From the NCBI GenBank assembly GCA_021787535.1, contig JAJYLR010000001.1:211648-275647 (forward strand): a stretch of DNA of 64,000 bases, in the 5' to 3' direction. The translations under genes were made by a program, and so were the position numbers. The notes beneath the pieces are model-generated. The model saw only the letters and a list, made by a program, of their open reading frames with translations, was not told where the DNA came from and made no database searches. The stretch comes from a bacterium. Lineage in GTDB: Bacteria > Patescibacteriota > CPR2 > UBA1875 > JAJYID01. Shown piece after piece: positions 45,697 through 58,244 of this stretch. Each line of letters opens with the position of its first letter. Position 1 is the first letter of the stretch.

Positions 45697-48492
45697 ATGG
45701 CGGACGAAGAAAGACAAGAAAATTTGAATAACATAGGCAAAATCGAACCTCGTGACATTAACGACGAGATGCAGGAGAGCTATCTTGACTATGCCATGAG
45801 CGTGATTGTGGCTCGGGCTCTGCCTGACGTGCGAGACGGGTTAAAGCCGGTACATCGCCGAATTTTGTATGCCATGGACAAGCTCGGGGTTCGCTCGACT
45901 GCCAGGTATAAGAAGTCGGCAAACATTGTCGGTGAAGTTTTGGGTAAATATCATCCTCATGGCGATACGGCTGTTTATGACAGTATGGTTAGAATGGCGC
46001 AGGAGTGGAGCACGAGATATTTGCTTGTTGACGGCCAGGGAAATTTCGGTTCCATGGATGGTGACTCTGCCGCCGCTTACCGATATACGGAAGCAAAGAT
46101 GACAAAGGTTTCAGAGGAGCTTTTGGCTGACATTGATAAAGATACGGTTGACTTTGTGCCCAACTACGACGGGTCGCAGAAAGAGCCGCAAGTGCTGCCG
46201 GCAAAGGTGCCAAATCTTCTTTTGAACGGTCAGATCGGCATTGCTGTCGGCATGGCTACCGCTATTCCGCCGCACAACTTGGCAGAGCTTGTCGGGGCAA
46301 CGGCCGAACTCATTGATAATCCGGAAGCTACGGTTGAGGATTTATTAAGGCATGTCAAAGGTCCTGACTTTCCGACAGGCGGCATTATTTATAACGCAGA
46401 AGAGATCAAAAATGCCTACGCTACCGGACGGGGCAAAATAGTCGTCAGAGCTGTGGCCGAAATTGAAGAAAAGAAAAAAGGCGGCTTTCGAATCGTGGTC
46501 ACGGAAGTTCCGTATATGGTAAATAAGGCCACATTAATTGAAAAAATCGCTTCACTTGTCAAAGAAAAGAAAATTATCGGTATCAGCGATCTTCGCGATG
46601 AGTCGGATCGTAAAGGTGTCCGGGTTGTTGTGGAACTCAAAAAAGACGCTCATCCAAATAAAATCTTGAACCAACTCTTCAAAATGACGCAGATGCAGTC
46701 GGCCTTTCATGTCAACATGATCGCGCTGATCGACGGTATCCAGCCGAGGGTTCTGACGCTCAAAAATGTATTGGAAGAGTTTATAAAACACAGATTTGAA
46801 GTTGTCACTCGCCGGACTGAGTTTGAGCTGGCCAAAGCAAAAGCACGCGCTCATATCCTTGAAGGACTTTTGATTGCCCTTAAAAATATCGATGCTGTTA
46901 TCGAAACGATTAAAAAATCCAAAGATAAAGAAGTCGCCAAAGTGAATTTGATGAAGAGGTTCAAGCTGACGGAAATTCAAGCCCAGGCAATTCTGGATAT
47001 GCGGCTGCAGACACTGGCCGGGCTCGAGCGCCAGAAAATCCAGGACGAGTACGACGAACTTCAAAAATTAATCGCAAAACTTGAAGACCTACTGGCCCAT
47101 CCGAAAAAGATTTACGCTGTCATTAAGGACGAGCTCGCTGAAATGAAGGAAAAATACGGTGATGAGAGAAGGACTAAAGTGATTGAAGCCGGTATCGGCG
47201 AGTTTTCAGACAAAGACCTGATACCAAACGATGAGATGATTGTGACTATGACCAAGGGCAACTATATCAAAAGAATTCCGGTCACTACTTATCGGGTGCA
47301 AAACCGAGGCGGTAAAGGCGTAGTTGGCATGAAAACCAAAGAGGAAGACATCGTAACCCACATGATTTATACGCAGAATCACGATAATATGCTTTTCTTT
47401 ACGAACAAAGGCCGAGTGCTTCAGACGCTTGTTTATGAACTTCCGGAAGCTTCAAGGATTGCCAAAGGCCAGCCGGTAGTTAATGTTCTCCAGCTTGCTC
47501 CCGAGGAAGTGGTGACGGCGATTATTAATGATCCGGAGAAGCAAACCGGCAAATACTTAATGATGGCGACGAAAAAGGGGACTATCAAAAAGACCCCTAT
47601 GGAAAACTTTGTCAATATCAGAAAGAGCGGAATCATAGCCATAAATCTCGATAAAAATGACGAACTTAAGTGGGTCGAAATGACTGACGGTGATAGCGAC
47701 ATTATTATGGCTACCAAAAACTCACTGGCTATCAGATTTAACGAGAAAGATGTGCGTCCGATGGGCCGGGCTGCCCGTGGTGTCCGCGGCATTAAGCTAA
47801 AAGGCGGTGATGAAGTGGTCGGTATGGATAAGATCGTACCGGGTGGAGAGCTTCTGGTTGTGATGGAAAATGGCTACGGAAAGCGGACCAAGCTTGAGCA
47901 ATTTACACCGCACAGGCGAGGCGGTATCGGTATCAAAGCCGGAGTGGTGACTAAGAAAACCGGCTCTACTGTTGATGTTCGAGTCATTTCAAATGACCAG
48001 GGCGATCTTGTCATTGTATCTTCTCATGGTGTGGTTATAAGGACTCCGCTTGCCAATATTTCAAAGATCGGCAGAGCTACCCAAGGGGTGAGAATTATGC
48101 GCATCGATGATGGAGACAAGGTAGCGTCTGTAGCATCTATTGTGTCCAAAGAAGACGAGGATAATAACGGACAGCAGCAGATCCCTCTGGATAATGCTCC
48201 ACAAGACAAACCAAAGAGAACTCTGACACAAAAGAAAATTGCCAAAAACAATTCTCAAAAATCTGCCAAAACTGTTGCTAAAAAATCGGCAACCAAAAAA
48301 TCAGCCACACAAAAAGCGATGTTCAAGAACTCTGCCAAACCAAAACCGGCAGTTAAAAAACCTGCAGCCAAGAAACAAAGTTCGGCGCCAAAAGGCCAGT
48401 CAGTTGCTTTCAAAAAGACTGCTGTGAAACCTGCAAAAAAGTCCAAAAAAGCACCGGCAGGTTTTAAGAGAATGCAGGTCAGAAAGAAATAG
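45697..48492 (+). CDS. gyrA: DNA gyrase subunit A with a C-terminal Lys/Ala-rich basic tail
   Basis: [28 protein letters not shown]-terminal beta-pinwheel repeats. Approximately 110 aa KK/KA tail at the C-terminus. An alternative in-frame ATG lies at 45685. Confidence 0.92.
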   Translation: MADEERQENLNNIGKIEPRDINDEMQESYLDYAMSVIVARALPDVRDGLKPVHRRILYAMDKLGVRSTARYKKSANIVGEVLGKYHPHGDTAVYDSMVRMAQEWSTRYLLVDGQGNFGSMDGDSAAAYRYTEAKMTKVSEELLADIDKDTVDFVPNYDGSQKEPQVLPAKVPNLLLNGQIGIAVGMATAIPPHNLAELVGATAELIDNPEATVEDLLRHVKGPDFPTGGIIYNAEEIKNAYATGRGKIVVRAVAEIEEKKKGGFRIVVTEVPYMVNKATLIEKIASLVKEKKIIGISDLRDESDRKGVRVVVELKKDAHPNKILNQLFKMTQMQSAFHVNMIALIDGIQPRVLTLKNVLEEFIKHRFEVVTRRTEFELAKAKARAHILEGLLIALKNIDAVIETIKKSKDKEVAKVNLMKRFKLTEIQAQAILDMRLQTLAGLERQKIQDEYDELQKLIAKLEDLLAHPKKIYAVIKDELAEMKEKYGDERRTKVIEAGIGEFSDKDLIPNDEMIVTMTKGNYIKRIPVTTYRVQNRGGKGVVGMKTKEEDIVTHMIYTQNHDNMLFFTNKGRVLQTLVYELPEASRIAKGQPVVNVLQLAPEEVVTAIINDPEKQTGKYLMMATKKGTIKKTPMENFVNIRKSGIIAINLDKNDELKWVEMTDGDSDIIMATKNSLAIRFNEKDVRPMGRAARGVRGIKLKGGDEVVGMDKIVPGGELLVVMENGYGKRTKLEQFTPHRRGGIGIKAGVVTKKTGSTVDVRVISNDQGDLVIVSSHGVVIRTPLANISKIGRATQGVRIMRIDDGDKVASVASIVSKEDEDNNGQQQIPLDNAPQDKPKRTLTQKKIAKNNSQKSAKTVAKKSATKKSATQKAMFKNSAKPKPAVKKPAAKKQSSAPKGQSVAFKKTAVKPAKKSKKAPAGFKRMQVRKK

Positions 48493-49053
48493 GAGAACGA
48501 TAGAATTATTGGAATTGTTGGTAGTATTAAAATGAGTAACAAACGATTCCAACAAGCGGAGCGATTCAACATTTTCCATATTCTTTAAAAATTTTTCTTG
48601 ACTTTTCTTCGGAGCTTTTTTATTATCGAAATACTTACACTTCTTTGGGCAAGCGTTCAAGGGAGATATAAAATATTAGCTCTCGAAAAAGAGCAGGTAA
48701 AAAAACAAAAATCAAAAAGCCGGTTCTAGCCGGAAAAAAATTAACATTTTAGATTTTGGAAGGTGAGGCTAAACTCTATGGGGGCGCCGTTTGCAGTAGT
48801 GGATAGGAATGGTCACCAGGCGTCTATGGGGTAGTCGATTTTGCTTTATTATAAGTAAAATTTGGCAAGCCAGTGGTGAAACCGATCACTTTTCCTCGAG
48901 TTGAATTTGTCTAAAGAATTTCTATTCTTTTTTGACATTTCATTCTGGAGGGAGGGTGATCGGTTTTAGTTTTGTAAAAAATCGAGCTTCCAAATCTTTT
49001 TCAAAACTTTATAAATAATCAAATCAAAACGGAGGGAACTAAGAGAGGAGAAA

Positions 49054-50703
49054 ATGAAGAAACTAAAAAATAAAATTAAAGATCTCAAAAAAGGACTGAC
49101 AATCTTTGCATTTCTCATGTTAGCCATTCAGACAGTTGCAGTGACAGGGGTTCCGGCAAAAACCATGGCAGCAACACCTTCTGTAAAAACAGTGGCTCCA
49201 TCAACCGTTGCCGATCATGTGGTTATCAGTGAAGTGCAAGTCGGTCAGACAGGCATGGCTGATAATGAATTTGTTGAACTTTATAATCCGACAGCAGCGG
49301 ATATTAATCTGCAGGCTAAAAGCTTGGCGCTGCATATTAAAAATAGTACCGGTTCTGATAGCAATAAACCTTTGACCTTCGCAAGCTCTATCATTAAATC
49401 AAATGGATTTTTTCTCATCGCTCCAAATAATTCTTACGCGACAACAATAGGGGCTGATGCGACTTATGCAGACTCCGGCAATATGCTAGTGGCTAACGGT
49501 TCGGTTTCAGTCAGCTATACGGATGGAAATGATATGGTTGGTTGGGGTACTCAGCCTGCAGGGGGATATGAAGGCACAGCTTACGCTCCTACTATTCCGG
49601 CAGACCAAAGCATTGAGAGAAAAGCAAATGCCAGTTCAACTTCTGCGACCATGGCTGTAGGCGGTGCAGATGAGAAGAAAGGCAATGCTTATGATACCGA
49701 TAATAACGCAAATGATTTTGTGGCAAGGGCTATCCCTGATCCGCAGAATTCTGCCAGTCCGATCGAAGACATTATTGCACCGACTGTTACAGTAAACTCA
49801 TTAATTACAAAAAACCAAATGCCTACACTGACAGGCACGGTTACAGATAACGGACAAGTTAAGACATTAGTTGTTGAAGTGAATGGCAAGACTTATAATG
49901 CAGCAATATTAGGTACGACTTGGACTGCTGATGTTACGGATAAATTAGCAGAAGGTACCTATGATGTAATAGCGACTGCGACTGATGCTGGTTATAATAT
50001 TGGATTGGATAATACTAAGGATGAGCTAACAGTTGACACAACTGCTCCGACATTTACAGCTACGACCAATCCGACAGTAGCCGGACCGGGAGTAAAGACA
50101 GTAGATATTACAGTCACCTCAAGCGAAGCGCTTGCCAAAGCACAACTTAATCCTAACGATGGAAAATTATACGAACTAATGCTGACTATTAACGGTGATG
50201 GCGCCCCTACTACGGTTTATCTCAACCATGATGCATCTGATCTGGCAGGCAAGACCTTCACTTATACTTACACAATTCAGTCCATTGCCCAAAATGAAAA
50301 AGTAACCATTGATACTATTGGTGATGACTTAGCCGGCAACGGCGGTGGCGGTCCTGCAATTGGTAATTTCGAGATTAATAATCTCTCACCGGTTACCACA
50401 GCTCCGACTGTCACACCTGCTGTTTCTACAGTAACAACTAACTCAGTGCCGGTTGTCCAGAATGATCAGGTAGGATCAAGTTCTGATCAAAGTGAAGTCA
50501 AAGCAGATAATACGTCAAAACCAAGCAATCAAAACAATTCAGATAACAACACAAACCAGAAAAAGACAGCAACAAAAGATCAGAAAAACGTTCCGCTGTG
50601 GGGAATCATATTCCTGCTGATTTTAGTCGGAATAGGCGGCTATCTCTTCTACTCGCAGAGTCCTGATAAGCCAAGCAAACCTAAGACTATTCGGAAGAAA
50701 TAA
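49054..50703 (+). CDS. Cell-surface protein with signal peptide, lamin-tail domain (LTD), Ig-like repeats and a C-terminal TM anchor
   Basis: Signal peptide. LTD motif VVISEVQVGQTGMADNEFVELYNPT. Thr-rich Ig-like segments. C-terminal LWGIIFLLILVGIGGYLFY followed by KPKTIRKK. Confidence 0.7.
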   Translation: MKKLKNKIKDLKKGLTIFAFLMLAIQTVAVTGVPAKTMAATPSVKTVAPSTVADHVVISEVQVGQTGMADNEFVELYNPTAADINLQAKSLALHIKNSTGSDSNKPLTFASSIIKSNGFFLIAPNNSYATTIGADATYADSGNMLVANGSVSVSYTDGNDMVGWGTQPAGGYEGTAYAPTIPADQSIERKANASSTSATMAVGGADEKKGNAYDTDNNANDFVARAIPDPQNSASPIEDIIAPTVTVNSLITKNQMPTLTGTVTDNGQVKTLVVEVNGKTYNAAILGTTWTADVTDKLAEGTYDVIATATDAGYNIGLDNTKDELTVDTTAPTFTATTNPTVAGPGVKTVDITVTSSEALAKAQLNPNDGKLYELMLTINGDGAPTTVYLNHDASDLAGKTFTYTYTIQSIAQNEKVTIDTIGDDLAGNGGGGPAIGNFEINNLSPVTTAPTVTPAVSTVTTNSVPVVQNDQVGSSSDQSEVKADNTSKPSNQNNSDNNTNQKKTATKDQKNVPLWGIIFLLILVGIGGYLFYSQSPDKPSKPKTIRKK

Positions 50704-50712
50704 CTCAAAAAT

Positions 50713-50738
50713 AAAAAGACCCGTTTACGGGTCTTTTT
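50713..50738 (+). terminator. Rho-independent terminator
   Basis: aaaaagacccg-ttta-cgggtcttttt. Confidence 0.85.
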
Positions 50739-50744
50739 AAACAT

Positions 50745-50770
50745 GGTCACTCTGAACCTGATTCAGAGTC
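50745..50770. repeat. Hairpin repeat variant, minus orientation (GGTCACTCTGAAC-ctgat-TCAGAGTC)
   Basis: Variant of the TGTCATCCTGAAC...TCAGGATC motif. Confidence 0.5.
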
Positions 50771-50787
50771 TATACAGATAGAATTTG

Positions 50788-50818
50788 GATGCCGGATCAA
50801 GTCCGGAATGACATAAAG
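50788..50818. repeat. Hairpin repeat (GATGCC-ggatcaagtccgg-AATGACATAA)
   Basis: Matches 3882 and 43202. Forms an inverted pair with 50745-50770. Confidence 0.6.
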
Positions 50819-50875
50819 GTAATCCTAATTTTTTCTCGCTTGATTTGATCTTCTCTATAATTTATAATTTTTCCA

Positions 50876-51052
50876 ATGAGCGATAAAGACAAAAAAACTG
50901 AAGAGCACGAGGAAGAGGAAGGCCAGGAGCTATGCCCGAGATGCGGTAATCTGATGATACGAGAAGGTGGAGAGCTTGTCTGTTCTAGTTGCAGCGAGGA
51001 TATAGATTTCTTTGGTGATGACGAGGATGATCCCAGTAAAGATAAAAAATGA
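50876..51052 (+). CDS. Small acidic zinc-ribbon protein (58 aa)
   Basis: CPRCGN...CSSC between acidic tails. Below the ORF-track size cutoff. Confidence 0.4.
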   Translation: MSDKDKKTEEHEEEEGQELCPRCGNLMIREGGELVCSSCSEDIDFFGDDEDDPSKDKK

Positions 51053-51450
51053 ATTTTTTAAGCAGAATATTTTCTACAAACTATCTTTTTTCGGTAAATG
51101 AAAAATTTAAATATTGGTATATTTATTTACCTTTCTTTGGGATCCTAGTAGTCTTAGCATTTGCTGTCAATTTATTTCTCAAAAAAAGTGATGATTATAT
51201 CGCTAAGAAATCTTTTGCCAGGCAGTTTTTCTGGGTATATCTTTCTTGGGGAGTGATAGGGTTAGCATTCCTTTTTGCCCGTGCTCAGTATCTGCCGACA
51301 TTCGGATCAAGGTTCTTTCTATTTTTAGTGATCTTCTTCTTCATCCTTTCAAATATCTGGCTGGTGATTTATTACCAAAAATATACAAAAAAAGCACAGT
51401 TGAAACTTGCTGACAAAAAAAGAAAAGAAAAGTGGCTGAAGAAGAGATGA
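51049..51450 (+). CDS. Small integral membrane protein
   Basis: 133 aa with 3-4 hydrophobic helices and a basic KKRKEKWLKKR C-terminus. Confidence 0.45.
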   Translation: MNFLSRIFSTNYLFSVNEKFKYWYIYLPFFGILVVLAFAVNLFLKKSDDYIAKKSFARQFFWVYLSWGVIGLAFLFARAQYLPTFGSRFFLFLVIFFFILSNIWLVIYYQKYTKKAQLKLADKKRKEKWLKKR

Positions 51451-51540
51451 AGGAGATGTTGAAAATGTGGGAAATGTTAGAGATAAAAACCAACAATTCC
51501 GACAAGTTTAGCGATTCAACAATTCCAACGCTTTAATCCT

Positions 51541-51569
51541 TGACTTATTGATTGTTTTGAACTAACATA
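51541..51569 (+). promoter_or_regulatory. Candidate sigma70-type promoter upstream of the 16S rRNA
   Basis: TTGACT-17 nt-TAACAT, about 180 nt upstream of the 16S 5' end. No other support. Confidence 0.3.
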
Positions 51570-51750
51570 TTACAAGCATTTGAATACAAAAAAGGAGGGG
51601 TAACAAATCTGGCAACAGATAAGTGTTGTTTTATGCGTTGAATTCAAAGCAAAAGAACTTTGAAAACTGAAAAGTAGAGAAAACAAAGTCACGTCAATTT
51701 GAACGAGTATCACAACTCAAATTATCAGGAAAGCTTGTCTTTCCACTTTT

Positions 51751-53282
<1,532 letters not shown>

Positions 53283-53535
53283 TAGGGAGATTACCGATTT
53301 ATCGGATTACTTCCAGGTCGAGTCCGTATTTATTACGGGCATGGACTGTGGCATTTTTCTCTACTTTCCAGATTTTCAAGGGTATAAAGAATTGATTTTC
53401 ATGCTAAAAACGGTTAAAATATTGTAGTGAAAAACCGTTTTTTGTTTTGTAAAATTTGAACATTGCCATTGATAATTTGTCTAGCATTCCTCTGCTACCA
53501 AACCAACAAGGATATTCGGATTTTGAATTTCATTT

Positions 53536-53613
53536 TGCGCGTGTAGCTCAGCTGGTTAGAGCGCCACACTGATAATGTGGAGGTCCCTGGTTCAAGTCCA
53601 GGCACGCGCACCA
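53536..53613 (+). tRNA. tRNA-Ile (anticodon GAT)
   Basis: Acceptor gcgcgtg/cacgcgc, anticodon stem ccaca/tgtgg with loop ctGATaa, T arm cctgg-ttcaagt-ccagg, CCA encoded. Confidence 0.85.
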
Positions 53614-53642
53614 TATCTAACATTTAAGATATAGGAGATGAG

Positions 53643-53882
53643 ATGGCATTATTACTAAGAATTGTCGTAAGTTTAGTGGTAATATTTATTGGAGTTGTTT
53701 TGCTTGCGAGGTCATATAAAGTTGTACATATGATCGGGACTAACAACTGGGCTGAACAGCATCTGGGATCGGGTGGAAGCTATACACTAGTAAAGCTCAT
53801 TGGTCTAGTATTTATCATTTTGGCTTTGCTGACAATGTTTGGTATCATTAAACCTTTTGACATAATATTTCCAAGCAAATAG
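53643..53882 (+). CDS. Small two-helix membrane protein encoded between tRNA-Ile and tRNA-Ala
   Basis: TAGGAGA RBS 6 nt upstream of the ATG. 79 aa with two hydrophobic helices. Confidence 0.5.
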   Translation: MALLLRIVVSLVVIFIGVVLLARSYKVVHMIGTNNWAEQHLGSGGSYTLVKLIGLVFIILALLTMFGIIKPFDIIFPSK

Positions 53883-53912
53883 AGACTAAAGTAATTTCAT
53901 TATTGAATTTAT

Positions 53913-53989
53913 GGGCCCGTAGCTCAGTTGGCTAGAGCGCCTCGTTTGCACCGAGGAGGTCGCAGGTTCGATTCCTGTCGGGTCCACCA
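53913..53989 (+). tRNA. tRNA-Ala (anticodon TGC)
   Basis: Acceptor gggcccg/cgggtcc with the G3:U70 alanine identity pair. Anticodon stem cctcg/cgagg with loop ttTGCac. CCA encoded. Confidence 0.85.
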
Positions 53990-54044
53990 AGTAATTATTT
54001 TATAAAAATGGCTTGATAGCCTTTTTTATATTAACTAAATTGAT

Positions 54045-55859
54045 ATGAATTTACGAAACGTAGCAATTATAGCTCACGTTGACCATGGCAAGACTACGCT
54101 TGTCGATGGTCTTTTAAAGCAGTCGAAAACCTTTCGCGAAAACGAGGCGGCTTTTTCTCAGGAGTTGATAATGGATTCAAACGATCAGGAGCGCGAACGC
54201 GGGATTACAATCCTCGCCAAAAACACAGCAGTCAAGTACGGCGACACAAAGATTAACATTATCGACACGCCGGGACACGCTGACTTTGGCGGAGAAGTTG
54301 AGAGAACTTTAAACATGGCAGACGGCGCTATCCTTGTCATTGACGCGCACGAAGGGCCGATGCCGCAAACCAAATTTGTTTTGAAAAAAGCGCTTGAGAT
54401 TGGTTTAAAGCCAATCGTGGTTATCAATAAAATAGACAAACAGAATGCTCAAATCGACAAGGTTATCAGTAAAACCCATGATCTTTTCCTGGATCTTGCC
54501 ACTGATGTCGATCAGCTTGAGTTTCCCATATATTATGCCATCGCCAGAGAAGGAAAAGCTTGGGAAAAGGCGCCTGGAAACATGGGCGAGAAAGCCGATC
54601 TGACTTGCATATTTGAGGCGATAGTAAATCACGTGCCGGCGCCGAAAGTTGAGGAAGGAACATTCCAAATACTCGTCACATCGCTTGAAAGCGACAGCTT
54701 CCAAGGTAAAAATGCTATCGGCAGGATAAAAAGAGGAAGCATTTCGCCCGGTAAAACCATTACATTAATCAAGAAAGACGGTACTACCGAGCAGGCCAGA
54801 GTCGATAAAGTTTATGTGGCCCAGGGCCTCAAAAAAATTGAAGTGTCCGAGGCGCCGGCCGGAGAAATCGTGGCTCTAACCGGGATCAAGAATGCCGGCA
54901 TCGGCGACACGCTGGCAGATAGTGACAATCCGGAAGCATTGCCAACTATTGAAATAGAAGAGCCGACGCTCAAAATGTCAGTTGCCGCCAACACTTCTCC
55001 TTTTGCCGGCAAGGAAGGCCAGTTTGTAACCGGGCGTCAAATTTTGGAGAGGATCAAAAAGGAACTAGAAACAAACGTTTCCTTAAAAATGGAAATGGGA
55101 AATGCCGGCGACTACATATTATCCGGACGCGGCGAACTGCATTTGTCGGTATTTATCGAGACGCTTAGGCGCGAAGGATATGAGCTTGAAGTAGGCAAAC
55201 CCCAGGTGATTACAAAAGAAATAGACGGTGTGAAATGCGAGCCAATGGAAGAACTGACTATTGACGTGGTAACCGAGCACGTCGGTGCGGTGACGGCAGA
55301 GATTGGCAGGCGAAAAGGCGTTCTTCTAAGCCAAGAGGAAAACTCGGACGGCACAACAAGATTGGTATTTGGAATATCTACTCGGGGAATTTTAGGTTTA
55401 AGGAATCAATTACTTACACTTTCCCGTGGAACAGCCATAATGAACTCAATTTTCACCAAGTTTCAGCCGGCCGGAGCCGCTATACCCAAGTTGCGAAACG
55501 GGGTACTTATTGCCAGCGAGTCGGGCAAAGCTGTGGCATATGGGCTAAACAATGCCCAAGGGAGAGGCATAGTTTTTATCAAACCTCAAACTCAGGTGTA
55601 TGAAGGTATGATAGTCGGGCTAAATTCCCGCGAGGGCGACTTGGAAATTAATGTGACCAAAGAAAAGAAGCTGACAAATGTGCGAGCATCAAGTTCTGAT
55701 GAAGCGCTGATCTTGACTCCGCCGACGATATTTACCCTTGAACAATCACTGGATTTCCTGGAGGATGATGAACTCCTTGAAGTAACTCCAAAGAACTTGA
55801 GGCTCCGTAAGAAAATCCTCAACAAAACCGCCAGAAAAAGATCGGGTATGAAAGTTTAG
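54045..55859 (+). CDS. typA: Translational GTPase TypA/BipA
   Basis: [33 protein letters not shown]-domain motifs. 604 aa with EF-G-like domain architecture. Confidence 0.9.
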   Translation: MNLRNVAIIAHVDHGKTTLVDGLLKQSKTFRENEAAFSQELIMDSNDQERERGITILAKNTAVKYGDTKINIIDTPGHADFGGEVERTLNMADGAILVIDAHEGPMPQTKFVLKKALEIGLKPIVVINKIDKQNAQIDKVISKTHDLFLDLATDVDQLEFPIYYAIAREGKAWEKAPGNMGEKADLTCIFEAIVNHVPAPKVEEGTFQILVTSLESDSFQGKNAIGRIKRGSISPGKTITLIKKDGTTEQARVDKVYVAQGLKKIEVSEAPAGEIVALTGIKNAGIGDTLADSDNPEALPTIEIEEPTLKMSVAANTSPFAGKEGQFVTGRQILERIKKELETNVSLKMEMGNAGDYILSGRGELHLSVFIETLRREGYELEVGKPQVITKEIDGVKCEPMEELTIDVVTEHVGAVTAEIGRRKGVLLSQEENSDGTTRLVFGISTRGILGLRNQLLTLSRGTAIMNSIFTKFQPAGAAIPKLRNGVLIASESGKAVAYGLNNAQGRGIVFIKPQTQVYEGMIVGLNSREGDLEINVTKEKKLTNVRASSSDEALILTPPTIFTLEQSLDFLEDDELLEVTPKNLRLRKKILNKTARKRSGMKV

Positions 55860-55917
55860 TAGCTGGGCGCTGGTTAGTAAACTATAGTTTTTGGACAGAG
55901 ATAGGAGGATAATTTCT

Positions 55918-56400
55918 CTACAAAGCCTTTTTTAATTCATCAACCGATTTTCTAACTATATCTAATTGGTTTTGAGTTTTCATTTCTCTTCTCGCATAAT
56001 CCATAATCTCTTTTACTTCTTGCACCTTTCCTTTCCATCGTTTTAGCATCCAGGGGTGCCAAGGGAAAAGCCAGATATGGAAGTGAGAGGTCGAGGTATT
56101 CTCCTCCTGAATAACAGTGACATAAGATATTTTCAGGGCAGAGCGCATCACTTTTCTTAAATCGTGCAAAAATTTTGTTAGCTCTGTCAGTTCAGTGTCG
56201 TTCATTTCATCAATTGAAAGGACGTGCCTCTTTGATGCAATAATTACGAATCCTTCGATCGGATATTCAAGGTCTTGTTCGGCGACAAAGTTGTCTGTTT
56301 CTGCAATCCTTTCGATGGGCAGCTGAATGGTTCCGTTTTGGATCGAGCATGCGATGCAATCAATATTATGTGTTTTTCCTTTTATATCTACGATTTCCAT
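55918..56400 (-). CDS. HIT (histidine triad) family hydrolase
   Basis: Histidine triad HFHIWLFP near the C-terminus. 160 aa. Confidence 0.65.
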   Translation of the reverse strand: MEIVDIKGKTHNIDCIACSIQNGTIQLPIERIAETDNFVAEQDLEYPIEGFVIIASKRHVLSIDEMNDTELTELTKFLHDLRKVMRSALKISYVTVIQEENTSTSHFHIWLFPWHPWMLKRWKGKVQEVKEIMDYARREMKTQNQLDIVRKSVDELKKAL

Positions 56401-56527
56401 ATATATTTACTTTATCATATTGTTCTCGATTTACACTAGAAGGATTCCTGATTTGGGTTGAGGAAATAAAACATAGACAAGAAGCTGGTTTTCGGAAATA
56501 ATTATAGGGTTGAAGGGAGGAAATAAA

Positions 56528-56992
56528 ATGCCATACAAAGTTGATTTTAAAAATGTATCTACGGTTGGCCTAGAGTCTTCACCGGTTGCGGAAGCGCTTG
56601 CCGGACTTAGGGCCAACGAAGCGCGTTATTTCAAGAATAAGTATAACCACGACTTTACTGTTGTGCCGGCCAGCGAAAGCCAGGACGTTATAGATTACGT
56701 GAACAGAATCTTGAAGGAAGAACGTGATATTGTATTTGCCGCCAAACCTCTGGAAACGTCACAGCTTCAAGTGGATAATATCAAGTGGACTCATGTATTT
56801 TATGAAGACGGCCTTGGGGTCAATGTCCTGTATACAATTGACAATCCGAAAAAGCGGGCAGTCGGCTTCAAGCTTTCCGAAGGTATGGAAGTACCGAAGG
56901 AGCTGGAAGGGAAATTCAAATTTGCCAGACAGAAGTCCAAACTGGCCGGAACCATCCGGGGTTCCTTCTTTGTTGTCAAAGGAGAATATTAA
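56528..56992 (+). CDS. Hypothetical protein
   Basis: ATG after a GGGAGG RBS, followed by a terminator. Confidence 0.5.
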   Translation: MPYKVDFKNVSTVGLESSPVAEALAGLRANEARYFKNKYNHDFTVVPASESQDVIDYVNRILKEERDIVFAAKPLETSQLQVDNIKWTHVFYEDGLGVNVLYTIDNPKKRAVGFKLSEGMEVPKELEGKFKFARQKSKLAGTIRGSFFVVKGEY

Positions 56993-57060
56993 GGCCATAG
57001 TCAACTAGCTACTGTGAAAAGCTCGTTCTCGATGGCACTATAAATGGAGATTAACGCAAT

Positions 57061-57088
57061 AAAAGCGGCTCTTTCAAGAGCCGCTTTT
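57061..57088 (+). terminator. Rho-independent terminator
   Basis: aaaagcggctc-tttcaa-gagccgctttt. Confidence 0.85.
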
Positions 57089-57170
57089 CCTTTTGTATTT
57101 TTAAACTTTAGAATTGAAAATCGTTAAAATATACGATGTTTTTTATTCAGTAAAGAATAAGATTAAATGC

Positions 57171-57482
57171 ATGGCAAAGATAGATTTCAGCCGGGATAAC
57201 TATAATATGTGCCTTTGCGGAGGCTGTCCGGTGAACTTAAGTTCTAAATGTGTGAAGATTCAGGAAGAAACTTTAGCTCAAGATTTTGAACGAATTGAAA
57301 AGGAGGGCACAATGCCATCCTCAGACAATTTTCCTGGTGTTTACTGTTCCATAGGCAGATCGGCTTGCGGAGATTTAAATAATGAAAGGCGCTGTCTCTG
57401 TCCGGGTTGCGCCGTCTACCTTGAAAACGATCTTAAAAGTTTTAAGTATTGTTTGGAGGGTAGCTCTGAAGAGGTTGGATGA
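57171..57482 (+). CDS. Cys-rich protein (DUF2769-like CxCxxCP motifs), paralog 1
   Basis: YNMCLCGGCPV...RCLCPGCAVY. Start uncertain: ATG 57171, or TTG 57114 per the ORF track. Confidence 0.45.
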   Translation: MAKIDFSRDNYNMCLCGGCPVNLSSKCVKIQEETLAQDFERIEKEGTMPSSDNFPGVYCSIGRSACGDLNNERRCLCPGCAVYLENDLKSFKYCLEGSSEEVG

Positions 57483-57871
57483 TGAAAGAAGTTGAACTTA
57501 ATCTAAATAATTATTCAAAATGCATTTGCCCGGAATGTCCTGTGCAGGGAGAAAGCAAATGTGTTTTTGCCAAGAGGGAGAACTGGGCTCGCGAAAGAAA
57601 AGCAGCCGGCAGAATATTAAAAGGATTTCCCGACCATCCGGAGGAATACGATATGGACATGGCCGAGGTCGAAAAAAGTGATTTTGGGAAAAAACAGGGT
57701 TTTCGAAAGCCGCAACCTCAAGAGATGATCGAGTTATATTGTTCTAAGCAAGTTGGTCGATCAAATTGCGCTGACCTTCAAAAAGGTGAAAGCTGCCAGT
57801 GCCCGACTTGCTCTGTTTGGGGATCACACGACTTGAATGACTACTACTTTTGTCTAAAGGATTATCAATGA
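57479..57871 (+). CDS. Cys-rich protein (DUF2769-like), paralog 2
   Basis: [11 protein letters not shown]...[10 protein letters not shown]. Same motif layout as the upstream gene. ATGA overlap with it. Confidence 0.5.
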   Translation: MMKEVELNLNNYSKCICPECPVQGESKCVFAKRENWARERKAAGRILKGFPDHPEEYDMDMAEVEKSDFGKKQGFRKPQPQEMIELYCSKQVGRSNCADLQKGESCQCPTCSVWGSHDLNDYYFCLKDYQ

Positions 57872-58206
57872 TAAAAATGCAGAGAGTTTATGATAAGAAT
57901 CAGGTTGAAGGTCACCGTATTTTAATTGATCGCATATGGCCGAGAGGTATTTCAAAGCAAGAAGCTAATCTCGATTTATGGCTGAAAGACATCGCCCCCT
58001 CTTCTGATTTGCGCAAGTGGTTCGGGCATGATCCTGCTCGATGGGAAGAATTCAAGAAACGGTATTTTTCAGAATTAGACGGGAAGCAAAAGGATATTCA
58101 AGTAATCTTGGATCTAGCGAAAAAAGGAAATGTTGTCTTGCTTTACGCCGCAAAAGATACCGAGTACAACAATGCGGTAGCTCTCAAGGAATACTTAGAC
58201 AAATAA
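57868..58206 (+). CDS. DUF488 family protein
   Basis: QRVYD...[13 protein letters not shown]...[26 protein letters not shown] closely follows the DUF488 consensus. Confidence 0.7.
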   Translation: MIKMQRVYDKNQVEGHRILIDRIWPRGISKQEANLDLWLKDIAPSSDLRKWFGHDPARWEEFKKRYFSELDGKQKDIQVILDLAKKGNVVLLYAAKDTEYNNAVALKEYLDK

Positions 58207-58244
58207 TAATCCAAACTTGAGCTAAACGTGCTATAATTGCCTTT

